Source: a virus (Duplodnaviria; Caudoviricetes). Taken from it: a DNA stretch of 64,000 nucleotides. The position numbers and the translations under genes are program-made. The stretch covers positions 36,108 through 100,107 of the IMG/VR virus record IMGVR_UViG_3300033120_000387, one strand, 5' to 3'. This document shows positions 19,145 through 30,255 of this stretch, piece by piece. Each line of letters starts with the position of its first letter. The first letter of the stretch is position 1. The notes under the pieces are model-generated. The model ran no database searches and was not told where the DNA came from. It was given only the letters and a program-made list of their open reading frames with translations.

Positions 19145-19324
19145 TTAAGACCATTTGTTAATATCTGTCACTATACCATTTACCATTTTGTGCCAATATG
19201 TTGCACCTTCATATTTTATAATTCTTATAGTAATATTGCCCTCATCTGACTCATAATCTTCTTTTAGCGTTATTTTACCATACCTCAATAGAGTTTTACT
19301 TAATACTAAATTTCGTGCATCCAT
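19145..19324 (-). CDS. Hypothetical protein, paralogue of 41676-41873
   Basis: ATG 19324 after GGAGG. LRYGK..IRIIKY..HKM.NG motif. Confidence 0.6.
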   Translation of the reverse strand: MDARNLVLSKTLLRYGKITLKEDYESDEGNITIRIIKYEGATYWHKMVNGIVTDINKWS

Positions 19325-19338
19325 ATTTATACCCTCCT

Positions 19339-19866
19339 TTATTTTATAAATTTTAAATATTTTTTTTCTATATTTTTTCTTATAAGATAAATATATTGGC
19401 GTGAGCACCCATATACATCTTTTATAGTGTTTGGGGTTTCTCCTTTTAGTAATCTTATTAATATGTCTTTTTCGAATGTTGTCAACTTTGGTGCAAATTC
19501 CTTTAATAATATTTTAATTTCTGTTTCAGAAAATCCTTTGTTTGCATTAAAATCTGGTATAATGCTTTCATATGTTTCATCGCTTTCATATATTGTATCA
19601 TCTAAGTTTATAAAAGACACCTCATTTCTGTTTCTTTTGTGGCGTGACCAATAGCGTTTATCGCGCTTAATATCTTTAAGCATAATTGTAATAGCATAAG
19701 TTGAAAATTTAGCCACTTCTTGCTTATATGTTAGTGCGGCTTTACATAAAGATAGTGCCAATAAATCATAATATTCATCATTTTCTAAATCATATTTGTT
19801 AATTATGAAATATATAAGATTATGATTGTCCTCTACTAGTTTTTGTTGTTCGATAGTTAACTTCAT
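19339..19866 (-). CDS. Phage sigma-70-family sigma factor
   Basis: LVEDNHNLIY, L.KAA.TY...KFSTYA region 2 and a C-terminal HTH. Confidence 0.8.
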   Translation of the reverse strand: MKLTIEQQKLVEDNHNLIYFIINKYDLENDEYYDLLALSLCKAALTYKQEVAKFSTYAITIMLKDIKRDKRYWSRHKRNRNEVSFINLDDTIYESDETYESIIPDFNANKGFSETEIKILLKEFAPKLTTFEKDILIRLLKGETPNTIKDVYGCSRQYIYLIRKNIEKKYLKFIK

Positions 19867-19894
19867 ATAATCCTCCTTTCTTATTGTTAAGTGT

Positions 19895-19923
19895 ATTATA
19901 TCATAAATTGGTTAGGTTGTCAA
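19895..19923 (-). promoter_or_regulatory. SigmaA promoter
   Basis: TTGACA-17-TATAAT with extended -10 TG. Confidence 0.8.
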
Positions 19924-19971
19924 GAATTAATCTGTAATTTCCACTTCATATTATATTTTTCACCTGTTCTA

Positions 19972-22179
19972 TCATTGAATCTTCCCATTTAATAACTCCT
20001 TTAACATTGTCTGTCTATTTTCATCACCTAAACTATTAATTGCATCTTTAATAGTTTCAATATCCCCTATTTCAATCAAGCATTGTTCTTGCCTAGTTTG
20101 TGCCGTGTATAATAACTGTCTGTTTAAAGATGACTTATGTTGAGGTAATACTAAATTAATAATATATTTACATGAACTACCTTGAAATTTAAAGGGGTTT
20201 GTGGCATATGATAATAATAAATTATAACACTTTATTTTACTAAACACGATAATTTCTTCATCAATTTGTGCATTTAACACCTTATCATCAATAGATAATA
20301 CTTTGCCTATTTGACCATTAAATATAGATGTTTTAGGTATTTCTTCTTCAGTAACATCTTCATCCCACATAAAATTATATGAATCTAATGAAATAGCGCT
20401 ATAGTCATTTCTTATATTCATTATTAAATCACCTTTTCTAAAAACAATATCTGTTTTATCTTGTTTAGATTTCATAATATTTTCATTAGGTTTAGGTGGA
20501 TTAATTTCTAATTGGATAAGATTATTAATGTTGGTTGCTCCAAAATCATATTTATTGTAAGGACTAAGAATACATATATCTTCTTTTTTAATACCTTTGT
20601 TAATTAAGCTCATATAAGTATCAACGATTTGGTCTACAGTGCCATCCGATTTGATAAAAGTATAATCTTTGTCTTTGCCCAGTATTACTTTATCTTGTTC
20701 ACATTGCTCGTCAGTAAGATAAAATTTACCTTGTCTTGTTAATGTAGATACATAACTCGCTCCTCCATCTAAAAACCTAAAACAATGAGTTAAGGTACAA
20801 GTAGGTACGCTAGGACTTTCTAGTAAATCTTTAGCAATACGACCTATACCAAGACTTGGTATCTGACATGAATCGCCTACAAAAAATACTCTTATATCTT
20901 CATTTTTAATGGCATTTATAATCATCATCATTAAATCAATAGATAGCATTGAGTATTCGTCTACAATTAATACATCTTCATATATTGAGCCACTCATTGT
21001 CTTTCTATGAATTGTACTTGCAGGTCTGCCAGTTTGTTCAGTCATTCGTGCTGATGCCTTGCCTGTAAATGCTAGACAACAATATGAGTAATTATATTCG
21101 TCACAAGCATCCAAAATCGCTCTTAAAACTGATGATTTGCCTGTACCACTTGGAGCATCTAATACGCAAAAACTATGTTCGCAAAATGTTCTTAATACAT
21201 TAGATTGTTCCTCTGTTAGAGTGCCATCTTTAATCTCTGTAAATTTGTGCCAATCCCAATCGAGTTTATTAGATTTAGCCAATTTATTTTTAATAAAATC
21301 AGCAATCCTAACCTCAGCCAAATATGTTCCTAACTTTGCTATATTCTTACTCTTATCATCATAGTAAATCAACTCACTTTTAATAGCTACTTCTTTTAAT
21401 TTCTTAGTCAAGTTCCTATCAACCTCAGCTGTATATTGAGCCATAACATTTGCGTTCATATATGTACTGCCATCATATTCATTTCTAGTCAATACATCAA
21501 GCATTAAAAACTCTGTTCTTTGGTCTGACTCTAATAAATCTGGTCGAACCTCTTTTAATATTTTATCAGCTCTATCAAATGATTTTCCACATACCTTAAT
21601 TAAGGCGAAATAAGGCTTTTCTTCGAGTAATTTATTGACTTTTTCGACTGTTGGATATAACTTACATAACTCTTTACAATCCTTTAATTCAAGCTCATAT
21701 TGTCTATTTTTCTCTATGATATAATAGTATTTAAATTTCTCGTTAATTAACCTACAAAATAAGGCATGGCGAACTTCTTTAACACCTTTGATTTTTTTAA
21801 GGTCAATGTCATCTTGCTCACCTTGTAAAATCATACGAACATAATTCGGATATGATTTGTTTATTTGTTCAGCTAAATCAGGTGATGTAATCTCATATAA
21901 TATTTCTCGCTCCATTTCGTCTGTGATAGATTTAATGTCATCAATTTGCATAGATGGAACAGATTTGAGGATATAGGATTTATTGCCCTTAAATTCGGTT
22001 TCTTCTATTTCAACGGTATATTCTTTGCCTTCGGATAATATAAGCATTGAATCCTTTATGCTAAAGTTTCCGTATTTATTTAATATTATTTGGTCATTAT
22101 TGTCAAGTGGTATACATCCTAAAATTTGATAATTAGAACATTTAAATACTTCTTTAATGACCTTACATTTTAGTTTCAT
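19972..22179 (-). CDS. recD2: RecD2-like SF1B helicase
   Basis: APSGTGKS, FTGKAS, STIHR, DEYSM, GDSCQIPS, FNGQIG, FQGS, LLYTA. Confidence 0.88.
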   Translation of the reverse strand: MKLKCKVIKEVFKCSNYQILGCIPLDNNDQIILNKYGNFSIKDSMLILSEGKEYTVEIEETEFKGNKSYILKSVPSMQIDDIKSITDEMEREILYEITSPDLAEQINKSYPNYVRMILQGEQDDIDLKKIKGVKEVRHALFCRLINEKFKYYYIIEKNRQYELELKDCKELCKLYPTVEKVNKLLEEKPYFALIKVCGKSFDRADKILKEVRPDLLESDQRTEFLMLDVLTRNEYDGSTYMNANVMAQYTAEVDRNLTKKLKEVAIKSELIYYDDKSKNIAKLGTYLAEVRIADFIKNKLAKSNKLDWDWHKFTEIKDGTLTEEQSNVLRTFCEHSFCVLDAPSGTGKSSVLRAILDACDEYNYSYCCLAFTGKASARMTEQTGRPASTIHRKTMSGSIYEDVLIVDEYSMLSIDLMMMIINAIKNEDIRVFFVGDSCQIPSLGIGRIAKDLLESPSVPTCTLTHCFRFLDGGASYVSTLTRQGKFYLTDEQCEQDKVILGKDKDYTFIKSDGTVDQIVDTYMSLINKGIKKEDICILSPYNKYDFGATNINNLIQLEINPPKPNENIMKSKQDKTDIVFRKGDLIMNIRNDYSAISLDSYNFMWDEDVTEEEIPKTSIFNGQIGKVLSIDDKVLNAQIDEEIIVFSKIKCYNLLLSYATNPFKFQGSSCKYIINLVLPQHKSSLNRQLLYTAQTRQEQCLIEIGDIETIKDAINSLGDENRQTMLKELLNGKIQ

Positions 22180-22387
22180 TTATTCCTCCAATCTTTAAAA
22201 AATTCTTCTGCCCTATATTTATCACATATTATATCTTCAACTATTTGATATAAATAAAGGCAAAATATAACCTAAACATATAATTAATAGAATTTTCATT
22301 ATTCCCCTCCTATATTTCTATCGAACCAATTTATCCAATATACTTCTTTATGATGTAACATTTTAAAAACCTCCTTTAATAATATAT

Positions 22388-22416
22388 ATTATACTACATA
22401 AAAGAGGTTTTGTCAA
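22388..22416 (-). promoter_or_regulatory. SigmaA promoter
   Basis: TTGACA-17-TATAAT. Confidence 0.8.
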
Positions 22417-22428
22417 GGGAAACTTTGT

Positions 22429-23382
22429 TTAATTTTTATACTCCTTTGGTAAAAAACTAAATATATGTGCTATGACGTCCACAGTCCAACCATTTCCAAT
22501 AGTGCTAAATCTTTTGGTGTCACTTATGCCAGAAGTATATCCAATTGGTAATGTTTGTAGTATTTCAGCTTCTGTTACTGTTATTTTTCTAATTTTGTTA
22601 TTTTTATCTTTTATTAAACAAAATGAATTTCCACATCTAAGAGTTGGTGTTTTTTTTATTCCTACTTTATTATCTTGCCAACCACTTGTGCAATTTAATT
22701 GTTGTATTATTTTATTGCTATGTATTATTTTTCCATATTGTTCAATTACATTATTTCTAACACAAGGCTTAAATGGTTGTATTTTTCCGTCTATTTCTAT
22801 ATTCTCAAGAATTTCCTGTAAAATAATATGTTTATCTTTTGGTTGATGAACATTAGGAATATTTGTCCAATACAATCTTTCTCTGTGTTGCCCTGAAACT
22901 AAAGCGCTATCAATTAAAAATGGCTCAACTTTAAGAATATTTGTAATAATGTTTTCCCATTTTTTAGCCATTTTAACATTTTCGAGAAGAAAATATTTTG
23001 GTTTTATTTCTTTTAAAAGTCTTGCATATTCCCAAAATAAATACGAAAATCCATCAAACTCAAATTTGTTTTCTTTTAATTCTAAATATTGTTCTAAAGT
23101 TGTCACTTGTATATTATCTTTTGTGCTTGCTCCATTCATTTTTCCAGCAAAAGAAAAATTTTGGCACGGACTTCCACCTATTACAATATCAATGTCTTTA
23201 AAATCATCACCTTTAATGTTTCTAACATCACCAATTTGTTCTATGTCATTCCAATTTTTTTGACTAATTTTAATTGCATTTGGTTCAACTTCACTTGCAA
23301 AATATTTTTCTATTTTAATTCCTGCCCTTTCAAATGCAATTCTGCCACAGCTAATTCCATCAAATAAACTTAAAACTATCAT
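22429..23382 (-). CDS. C5-cytosine DNA methyltransferase
   Basis: SLFDG, GGSPCQ, ENV, Q.RERLYW, IGNGW. Confidence 0.92.
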   Translation of the reverse strand: MIVLSLFDGISCGRIAFERAGIKIEKYFASEVEPNAIKISQKNWNDIEQIGDVRNIKGDDFKDIDIVIGGSPCQNFSFAGKMNGASTKDNIQVTTLEQYLELKENKFEFDGFSYLFWEYARLLKEIKPKYFLLENVKMAKKWENIITNILKVEPFLIDSALVSGQHRERLYWTNIPNVHQPKDKHIILQEILENIEIDGKIQPFKPCVRNNVIEQYGKIIHSNKIIQQLNCTSGWQDNKVGIKKTPTLRCGNSFCLIKDKNNKIRKITVTEAEILQTLPIGYTSGISDTKRFSTIGNGWTVDVIAHIFSFLPKEYKN

Positions 23383-23412
23383 ATTTTTATTCTCCTTTTG
23401 ATATTATTTTTT

Positions 23413-23724
23413 CTATTCATCCTTGTCAACCCCATATCTTTCTAATTTCAAATCTAATGTTCCATCTTCGTTAGGCATATTTTTAAAATGAAACCCTTTA
23501 TGCGTTTTTCTTTCTCCTCTGCATACTGCTCCTATATGTGATGACCAAAATTTTATATTATATATATTTGACATATCTATAACACATTTAGAATAAGAAG
23601 AATATATTCTATTTGTTTCTACACAAAGTACACCTTTACTATTTAATATTGCATTATGGTCTATAGTGTTGTTTACATTAGTAGAAGGGTCATATTTATA
23701 TTCTTTACCCATTCTCTTTTTCAA
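23413..23724 (-). CDS. NUMOD1-type DNA-binding fragment (homing endonuclease remnant) fused to a DnaE-like C-terminus
   Basis: VLCVETNRIYSS...IGAVCRGERKTHKGFHF. Terminal EDGTLDLKLER resembles DnaE EDKTLELQLER. Confidence 0.55.
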   Translation of the reverse strand: MKKRMGKEYKYDPSTNVNNTIDHNAILNSKGVLCVETNRIYSSYSKCVIDMSNIYNIKFWSSHIGAVCRGERKTHKGFHFKNMPNEDGTLDLKLERYGVDKDE

Positions 23725-26700
23725 TCCTTTCTAATTGAAGTTCTAAAGTTTTATCTTCTTTTATTTGTAAGACTCTTATTATACTATGTTGAAAAGGAGT
23801 ATCTTTATAATTTTTTACAAAAAAAGCATCATCTCTCCTATATCCACAAGCTAAAATTATGTTCCCTCTAGTAAAGTAATTTTCATCTTTTACATTACCA
23901 TTTGTAATAGTTTGTTTATAGAATCCAAATTGTCCTTGTGGAATATTTAAGGTCACAACGTCTAAGTCAGGTGTAAGAATATCTACTAAATGGTTTTGGT
24001 CATTTCTATCTAACACAGTACCACAAATACGACTAATATCATATTGTTTCCATTTTCTTTTTTTATTCTTAGACATTTTCTCAATAAATCTAGGCTCTTC
24101 TGGCAGTTTATTAAATGACGTGATATTGTACTTAGTCAAATCAACATCATCAAGTTCATGTCTACCATTGTGATAGAATGATGTGCTGTCCATAGACCAC
24201 TTATCAACATCTTCGACCTTAACCATATCTATATACTGTTTTTGCAACATTTTAGTGTTAAAATCATTTAATACATCTTGACTAGATAAACACTCTTTTA
24301 ACCCGTCTAAATCTTTTTTCATAGCCTTTTCAAGTGATTTATCCACTATAATAAGCATATCATCTACATAGTAGTAATCTACTTCCTCTTTCATTGAATC
24401 AATGTAATGTTTCTCTAAATATGGTCTAGCAAATTTTGGCTCACATATATAGTGTTTTTTAGACTTGAATTTAGGGTCTTGACAATATAAATATTCTTTG
24501 CTTAGTACATATTGCTTGAACTTGTAGGCACGAATTAATTCAAGTGGTAAATTGACATTTAACTCAATACATTGTGCCATGTTTTGCATATTAAGAGATT
24601 CTTTTTTAGGATGCTCATATACACATAACCACTTCATCAAAGCAATACGATTAGTATTAAATGTATCAAAACAACCTGCTTGAATTAGTTTGATAAATTT
24701 TGACTTGGTTATAAGAGTTTCTTCTTTTAATTTTGTATAATCATAGAACTGTTTAAACGATGTATAAGGTCTGCCCTCGACAATCTCCCTAGCAATGTCT
24801 TGATTAATCCCACTAATACCACCTAGACCAAATAGGATTGTGTTGTTTTGTTCATTGGGAGTGAATGATACATCAGAAATATTAATATCGGGTGGTAATA
24901 CAGGCACACCAAAGTTGATACTTCTATATATAGCCTTTGCAATCTTACCATAATCAGTAGTTTTTTTACTTGTTTCCTCTTCTTCACTTACACCTGCGTT
25001 AACTGATAAAGCTGAACAATTCCAATAACAAGTAGGATAAAAATGATATAAATTCATCTCTTGTAGTGCCTCAGCGGAATAAGGCTTTACATGGTTTCTA
25101 CTAAATGAATAAGCAAGTTGAGGCTTAATACACTCTTCCCATACATAGTTTGCTATATTAATAGAATTATTATTGTCTATTACATATTTATAGAATTTAT
25201 TTTTTAATTCCTCTACATCTTCACTTTTTTTCTTAGCTACAATCTTTCTCATTTTATCAGCGTCTACTAAGGTAAAATTACTAATCTCAGGTCGCATGGA
25301 TAATTCCATAATATCTTCTTGTGTATTAGCTACTCCATAATTAGGTAACAACACTTCTTCAAGAGCTTTAATTTCACTTGGATTGGTAATACCATATTCC
25401 TTTAATTCATCATACCATAAAGATATATCTAACTTATATCTTAAAAATTTGTCAATAGGCTGTTCTCCATCTTTGACAGAAATACGCATTAGGGAGTTAG
25501 CATTAGCCATCTCATTAAGAGTATGAGGTTGAATCTTTTTAATACAAGCCCCTCCTACTGGTGTAATAAATTGGAATAAGTCAATGATTTGTCCATTAGA
25601 ACATTCATCCCACATATCTTGATTGGTATAATTTAATACATCAGGATGAAGATATTTATTATATGTCTCTCTAATAGTAGATTGCAATTCAATTCGACCA
25701 CCTTTAGGAAGATATTCTAATAAACACATTTCTAGCTTATCTTGACATTCTGTTGTTAAACTATCATATTTTAATCCACCTGCATAATCACTATCAGACA
25801 TTTCCCATGCTGTAACTTCATCACCTCTAGGCGTTTTCATCTTAGAGTTTTGTTTGATATATCCGTCTTTAAATATGTATATGCCACTTGCATGAAGTGA
25901 GAGACCACTTACGAGACCTTCAATCATTTCAATGGTATGTTTTAAATCTACACTATATTCAGTAGATAGTCGATATACTTCATCGACAAACTCTGTAACA
26001 GATTTACGCTCTTTATCTTTATTTCCATTAAAACAATCGTTAATAGACCATTGTTTCCCTCTTTCAACAGGAACTAAAGAAGCTAAATAGTCTCCTTCAT
26101 CATTAGTCATTCCTAATCCTCTACAAGCCGTTTTACAAGCTGATTTAGAGGTTTCTGTTCGGAACGTGCAAATATTAAGAATATTATCTTTACCAAATAC
26201 TTCTTGTAGTCTTTTTACTATTTTAGGTCTGTTTCTAGCACTTGTATCTAAATCTACATCTGGAAATGATACACGAGAACTGTTCAAATGTCTATAAGCT
26301 GGTAAATTCCATTTAATAGGATTCATTTGGTGTATATCAATAAGATACATTGTATAATATCCTGTTACACTACCTCTGCTAATTCCTACAAAACCAATCT
26401 CCCAACATAAATCAACAATATAATCTACTAGATTATAATAAGCTGACATTCTATCGTTTAGTGCTTCCGATACTTTCCATAGTTCATTTAACTCCCAATT
26501 AATACGCATAACATTTTCTTCATTAAACTCTTGTTTTTTTTCTAAAAATCCTACCTCAATCATATAAAGCAAATATTTATCTTGTATAAAATCACTATAA
26601 GCAAAATTACAAATTCCCTCACATTGACTATACCACTCTTTGAATATATGCTTTACATTAAAACACTCATTAGACAAATCACGCTCTGGAATAATGGTAG

Positions 26701-27622
26701 TATGTTCCATGTCAATAAACTCAACATCTTTAGTAAAATTATATGAATTTTCTATGATTTGGTTAAAATACTCCTTGTTCATATAATCCTTTACATATTC
26801 CCACATTTCTTCCAATGACATAAGATAAGTGGTAGAATAGAAATCTCCCAACTCTCTTTCTTCAGAATCTCGACTTGTTAAAAATACTTGATGAACCAAT
26901 CTATCTTCTTTTTTTAAATAATGTGTGTCATTAGTAATAATAAGAGGGATGTTATATGCTTTACTTAATGTCATAAGGAATTTATTATAATCTATTTGGT
27001 CTTGCTGGCATGATGGCTGAATCTCAAATACAATATTATCCTTGCCAAAAATACCAATCATCCATGTAACGAACTCATGTATTTTTTGTTTATATTGAGT
27101 ATCATTAGTTGATAAATAGTTTAAGATGTGTTGAGCTAACTCTGAGCCAAGACAAGCAGTTGAACATAAAATATTTCCTTTATTGTCTCCTATAATATCT
27201 TCAATTTGTTGTTTATCAATAGGTGTTCTGACCATTTTTCCTGTTTTAAAACTGTTATCCCATGCAGTGGAGTCAATCATTCGTAATTGCTCATACCCAA
27301 GAGAATTTTTAGCAATGAAAATCAGATGCCAAAATTTTGTTACTCCTCCACCAACATAATTTTCTTTAATATCTATGTGGTCATCAATAACATATTCTTC
27401 TACTCCCAACCCTAATGTAAAATCAATACCTTTTTCCTTTAACTCTTTTACATATTGAATGGCTTGAATATGAGCACTAACTGAACTATGGTCAGTAATA
27501 GATATTCCTTTATATCCTAATTCTATTGCTCGGTCTATTAAAGGTTTTACTTTACATATACAGTCTAACATACGCAAATTTGAGCCTTTATCTGTATGAT
27601 TGTGGTTTGATATATAATCCAT
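23705..27622 (-). CDS. dnaE: DNA polymerase III alpha subunit
   Basis: PHP motifs HNHT, ITDH, TNDTHY; RGS, PDVDLD, HASG, KYD, YSFSRNH, PPDIN. Confidence 0.95.
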   Translation of the reverse strand: MDYISNHNHTDKGSNLRMLDCICKVKPLIDRAIELGYKGISITDHSSVSAHIQAIQYVKELKEKGIDFTLGLGVEEYVIDDHIDIKENYVGGGVTKFWHLIFIAKNSLGYEQLRMIDSTAWDNSFKTGKMVRTPIDKQQIEDIIGDNKGNILCSTACLGSELAQHILNYLSTNDTQYKQKIHEFVTWMIGIFGKDNIVFEIQPSCQQDQIDYNKFLMTLSKAYNIPLIITNDTHYLKKEDRLVHQVFLTSRDSEERELGDFYSTTYLMSLEEMWEYVKDYMNKEYFNQIIENSYNFTKDVEFIDMEHTTIIPERDLSNECFNVKHIFKEWYSQCEGICNFAYSDFIQDKYLLYMIEVGFLEKKQEFNEENVMRINWELNELWKVSEALNDRMSAYYNLVDYIVDLCWEIGFVGISRGSVTGYYTMYLIDIHQMNPIKWNLPAYRHLNSSRVSFPDVDLDTSARNRPKIVKRLQEVFGKDNILNICTFRTETSKSACKTACRGLGMTNDEGDYLASLVPVERGKQWSINDCFNGNKDKERKSVTEFVDEVYRLSTEYSVDLKHTIEMIEGLVSGLSLHASGIYIFKDGYIKQNSKMKTPRGDEVTAWEMSDSDYAGGLKYDSLTTECQDKLEMCLLEYLPKGGRIELQSTIRETYNKYLHPDVLNYTNQDMWDECSNGQIIDLFQFITPVGGACIKKIQPHTLNEMANANSLMRISVKDGEQPIDKFLRYKLDISLWYDELKEYGITNPSEIKALEEVLLPNYGVANTQEDIMELSMRPEISNFTLVDADKMRKIVAKKKSEDVEELKNKFYKYVIDNNNSINIANYVWEECIKPQLAYSFSRNHVKPYSAEALQEMNLYHFYPTCYWNCSALSVNAGVSEEEETSKKTTDYGKIAKAIYRSINFGVPVLPPDINISDVSFTPNEQNNTILFGLGGISGINQDIAREIVEGRPYTSFKQFYDYTKLKEETLITKSKFIKLIQAGCFDTFNTNRIALMKWLCVYEHPKKESLNMQNMAQCIELNVNLPLELIRAYKFKQYVLSKEYLYCQDPKFKSKKHYICEPKFARPYLEKHYIDSMKEEVDYYYVDDMLIIVDKSLEKAMKKDLDGLKECLSSQDVLNDFNTKMLQKQYIDMVKVEDVDKWSMDSTSFYHNGRHELDDVDLTKYNITSFNKLPEEPRFIEKMSKNKKRKWKQYDISRICGTVLDRNDQNHLVDILTPDLDVVTLNIPQGQFGFYKQTITNGNVKDENYFTRGNIILACGYRRDDAFFVKNYKDTPFQHSIIRVLQIKEDKTLELQLERIEKENG

Positions 27623-27624
27623 AC

Positions 27625-28446
27625 CTACTCCTTTCTAATTATATTATAATCTTCATCATAACACCACAATCCACAATCTTTTAATCTTTGTTCTTCAATA
27701 TCTACATATTCTTGAGATAATTCAAAGCCTATAAATTTGCGATTGTTTAGTAATGCCATTTTATGTGTTGTGCCACTACCACTAAATATATCCATAACTA
27801 TATCACCTTCATTAGACCATGAGATGATGTGGTCATTGGCTAGTTGTTCTGGAAACATAGCTGGATGCTGAAAAGCATCTTTGTCCTTTGTTGTTTTATT
27901 ATAGCCTACTTCATAAAGCCACACATTCCATTTATTTCTAAATTCTTTTCCTTGCTCGTATTTTAATTGAGTAACAGTACCATCTTTATTTCTTTGTGTG
28001 GATGTTTTAGATGGTTTATAACCTTTAGTTTTTTCTTTTAATAAATTATGCGTGAGTGGTTTACCTTTTGACAAAACAAACATATATTCCCAACATTGAA
28101 TATAGCGTGTTTGCTCTGGAAATGGCATAGCATTTTTTTGGTATATCATAGTATCATGAATATTAAATCCTATCTCTTTAAAGTATAGAGCTTGTCTCAT
28201 TGGCAATAAAGTTTCGCTTCCCTTTTCTACTTTGTCTCCTACAACCCATACAATAACACCGCCTTTTTTAATCACCCTATATAACTCTTTTGCTATATTT
28301 TCAAAATCGAAACTATATCCATTATATGTTCTTAAATTGCTGTAAGGTGGACTTGTTACAACCAAATCCACACTATTATCTTTCATTAACTTTAATCCTT
28401 CCAAACAATCCATACAATTTGTTCCCCAATGTAGTTTATTTTCCAT
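27625..28446 (-). CDS. Beta-class amino DNA methyltransferase (SPPY, probably N4-C)
   Basis: TSPPY ... HPAMFP ... DIFSGSGTT. Confidence 0.9.
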   Translation of the reverse strand: MENKLHWGTNCMDCLEGLKLMKDNSVDLVVTSPPYSNLRTYNGYSFDFENIAKELYRVIKKGGVIVWVVGDKVEKGSETLLPMRQALYFKEIGFNIHDTMIYQKNAMPFPEQTRYIQCWEYMFVLSKGKPLTHNLLKEKTKGYKPSKTSTQRNKDGTVTQLKYEQGKEFRNKWNVWLYEVGYNKTTKDKDAFQHPAMFPEQLANDHIISWSNEGDIVMDIFSGSGTTHKMALLNNRKFIGFELSQEYVDIEEQRLKDCGLWCYDEDYNIIRKE

Positions 28447-28462
28447 AATTCATCCCATCCTC

Positions 28463-29053
28463 CTATCCATTAAACTTATCTAAATTAACTAATCCCACTA
28501 TCTCATCTAACCTTCTCGGTTTATACCCCATATAATCTTTCATACACCCTACATTAATTACATTTCCTCTGTTATCTCCGCTCTCTATACAAGATTCTCT
28601 TAACTCACTTCGCCACTTGTCTAAAAATTTATCTTCTCTTGTAACATGGATATGACCGCATAACATATATGTATCTTTATTATAAGCACATTTGTATAAT
28701 AATATTGGATAATGACACATAATAATGTGTTTACCATTGTCAGTTATTTCTTTATAGTCTTTTATGTCAGCAAACCGCTTTTTTAATTCAACCGACATCT
28801 TTTTTAAATCGTGATTTCCTCGAATAAGAACTTTTGAGCCTGTTAATAAATCCAATATCCTTATCCACTCTTTATCATCTTTACTCCAACAAAAGTCACC
28901 TAAAATATATACTGTGTCGGATTTAGACACTACAGAGTTCCAATTTTGGATTAGTTTCTTCTCCATTTCTTCGATTGAGCCGAAATTTCTGTTATCGAAC
29001 CTCATGACATTAAAATGCCCAAAATGCAAATCAGCTATATAATAATTACTCAT
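28463..29053 (-). CDS. Calcineurin-like metallophosphoesterase
   Basis: DLH, GD, GNHD, HYP, GHIH motifs. Confidence 0.88.
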   Translation of the reverse strand: MSNYYIADLHFGHFNVMRFDNRNFGSIEEMEKKLIQNWNSVVSKSDTVYILGDFCWSKDDKEWIRILDLLTGSKVLIRGNHDLKKMSVELKKRFADIKDYKEITDNGKHIIMCHYPILLYKCAYNKDTYMLCGHIHVTREDKFLDKWRSELRESCIESGDNRGNVINVGCMKDYMGYKPRRLDEIVGLVNLDKFNG

Positions 29054-29131
29054 ATTTATCCTCCTTGTTCCTCATACTCGGAAATTTGTTTGGTAATTCT
29101 AAACAATCTTTAATTATAATTTCTTTCATGA

Positions 29132-29341
29132 TTATTCTCCTTCTTCATTTAATTTATTTTCTAACCTACATATGGGGCATTGTATTGACTTTTCAATAAG
29201 TGGTTTATATTCGAATCCAAGTGATAAAAGAAACCATCTGTTGTCTTTTGTTACTATATCATACTTATTATAGCTAAAAACACTCTGACATCTCTTACAA
29301 GTATATTCAATTTCTTCTACATTATTTTTAATTATTTTCAT
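29132..29341 (-). CDS. Hypothetical zinc-ribbon protein
   Basis: Two CxxC pairs, RBS. Confidence 0.6.
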   Translation of the reverse strand: MKIIKNNVEEIEYTCKRCQSVFSYNKYDIVTKDNRWFLLSLGFEYKPLIEKSIQCPICRLENKLNEEGE

Positions 29342-29404
29342 TTTTAACCCTCCTTTAAATTAAAGTAATTATACGCAAATCCACATCTCTTGTGGTTAAT
29401 TACT

Positions 29405-29444
29405 ATTATACTAAAAATACCACTCATTGTCAAGTGGTATTTTT
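29405..29444 (-). promoter_or_regulatory. SigmaA promoter overlapped by a terminator hairpin
   Basis: TTGACA-17-TATAAT (29405-29433). 12-bp inverted repeat 29413-29424/29433-29444. Confidence 0.75.
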
Positions 29445-29645
29445 ATGATTTTATTTTCTCTTTATAAAATGTTTTATTTTGCTTATAATGGTTTCTTTTA
29501 ATTCGCCATCAATAGTTACAATATACTCTCTTTTACAGAAAATACAGTTAATTTTGTAATCTTTATCTTTTATATCTAACCAACCGCTATTTTTACCACA
29601 TTTACAGTGAGCTTTAAAACTATTCATTTTTATCTCCTTTATATT

Positions 29646-29912
29646 TTATTTGTTTAATGATTCAATCATTCCATTTGTAAAAGACTGAATCATTTTATCA
29701 GCTTCTTTTTCAAATAACTCAATCAAATCATCCTTAGTATACTCCTTATTCCATTGGCAATTCCCATCACACCCAAACACATCGCCATTTTGTCTAATAA
29801 TTTTAATGTTTTTCATATAATTATCACATAATAAACATTGAGCATCTTGTGAGTTTAAAAAATATTTAGCCATAAGGGTTATAACCAATGAATTTTTATA
29901 TGCATCATTCAT
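29646..29912 (-). CDS. Hypothetical protein
   Basis: Operonic ORF. Confidence 0.55.
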   Translation of the reverse strand: MNDAYKNSLVITLMAKYFLNSQDAQCLLCDNYMKNIKIIRQNGDVFGCDGNCQWNKEYTKDDLIELFEKEADKMIQSFTNGMIESLNK

Positions 29913-29913
29913 T

Positions 29914-30255
29914 TTAGTACCTCTTAAATCCTTCCATAATCTCTAAAATATCCTCTTTATTATCCTTAATATACTTGCATATATTATTAATAATTTCAAT
30001 CTCGTTTTCATCAAAACCATATTCCAACTTATTCATATCCACTTCACACTTATCATAACTCTCTTTATGATATTTGTTAAAATTGATATAAGAAAAATCT
30101 TCTAAACTGTCATATGTAATCGGTATCATAGCTTCGTTTTCTTCGCCAAAATCAAAACCATTTGAAATCCATACAGTTAATGAATATTGGTTGATTTCAA
30201 ATCCTATAGCACAATCGTTGCCGACTATGGTTTTTATGTCTTTAAATAAACTCAT
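29914..30255 (-). CDS. Hypothetical protein
   Basis: Operonic ORF coupled to PNK. Confidence 0.6.
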   Translation of the reverse strand: MSLFKDIKTIVGNDCAIGFEINQYSLTVWISNGFDFGEENEAMIPITYDSLEDFSYINFNKYHKESYDKCEVDMNKLEYGFDENEIEIINNICKYIKDNKEDILEIMEGFKRY

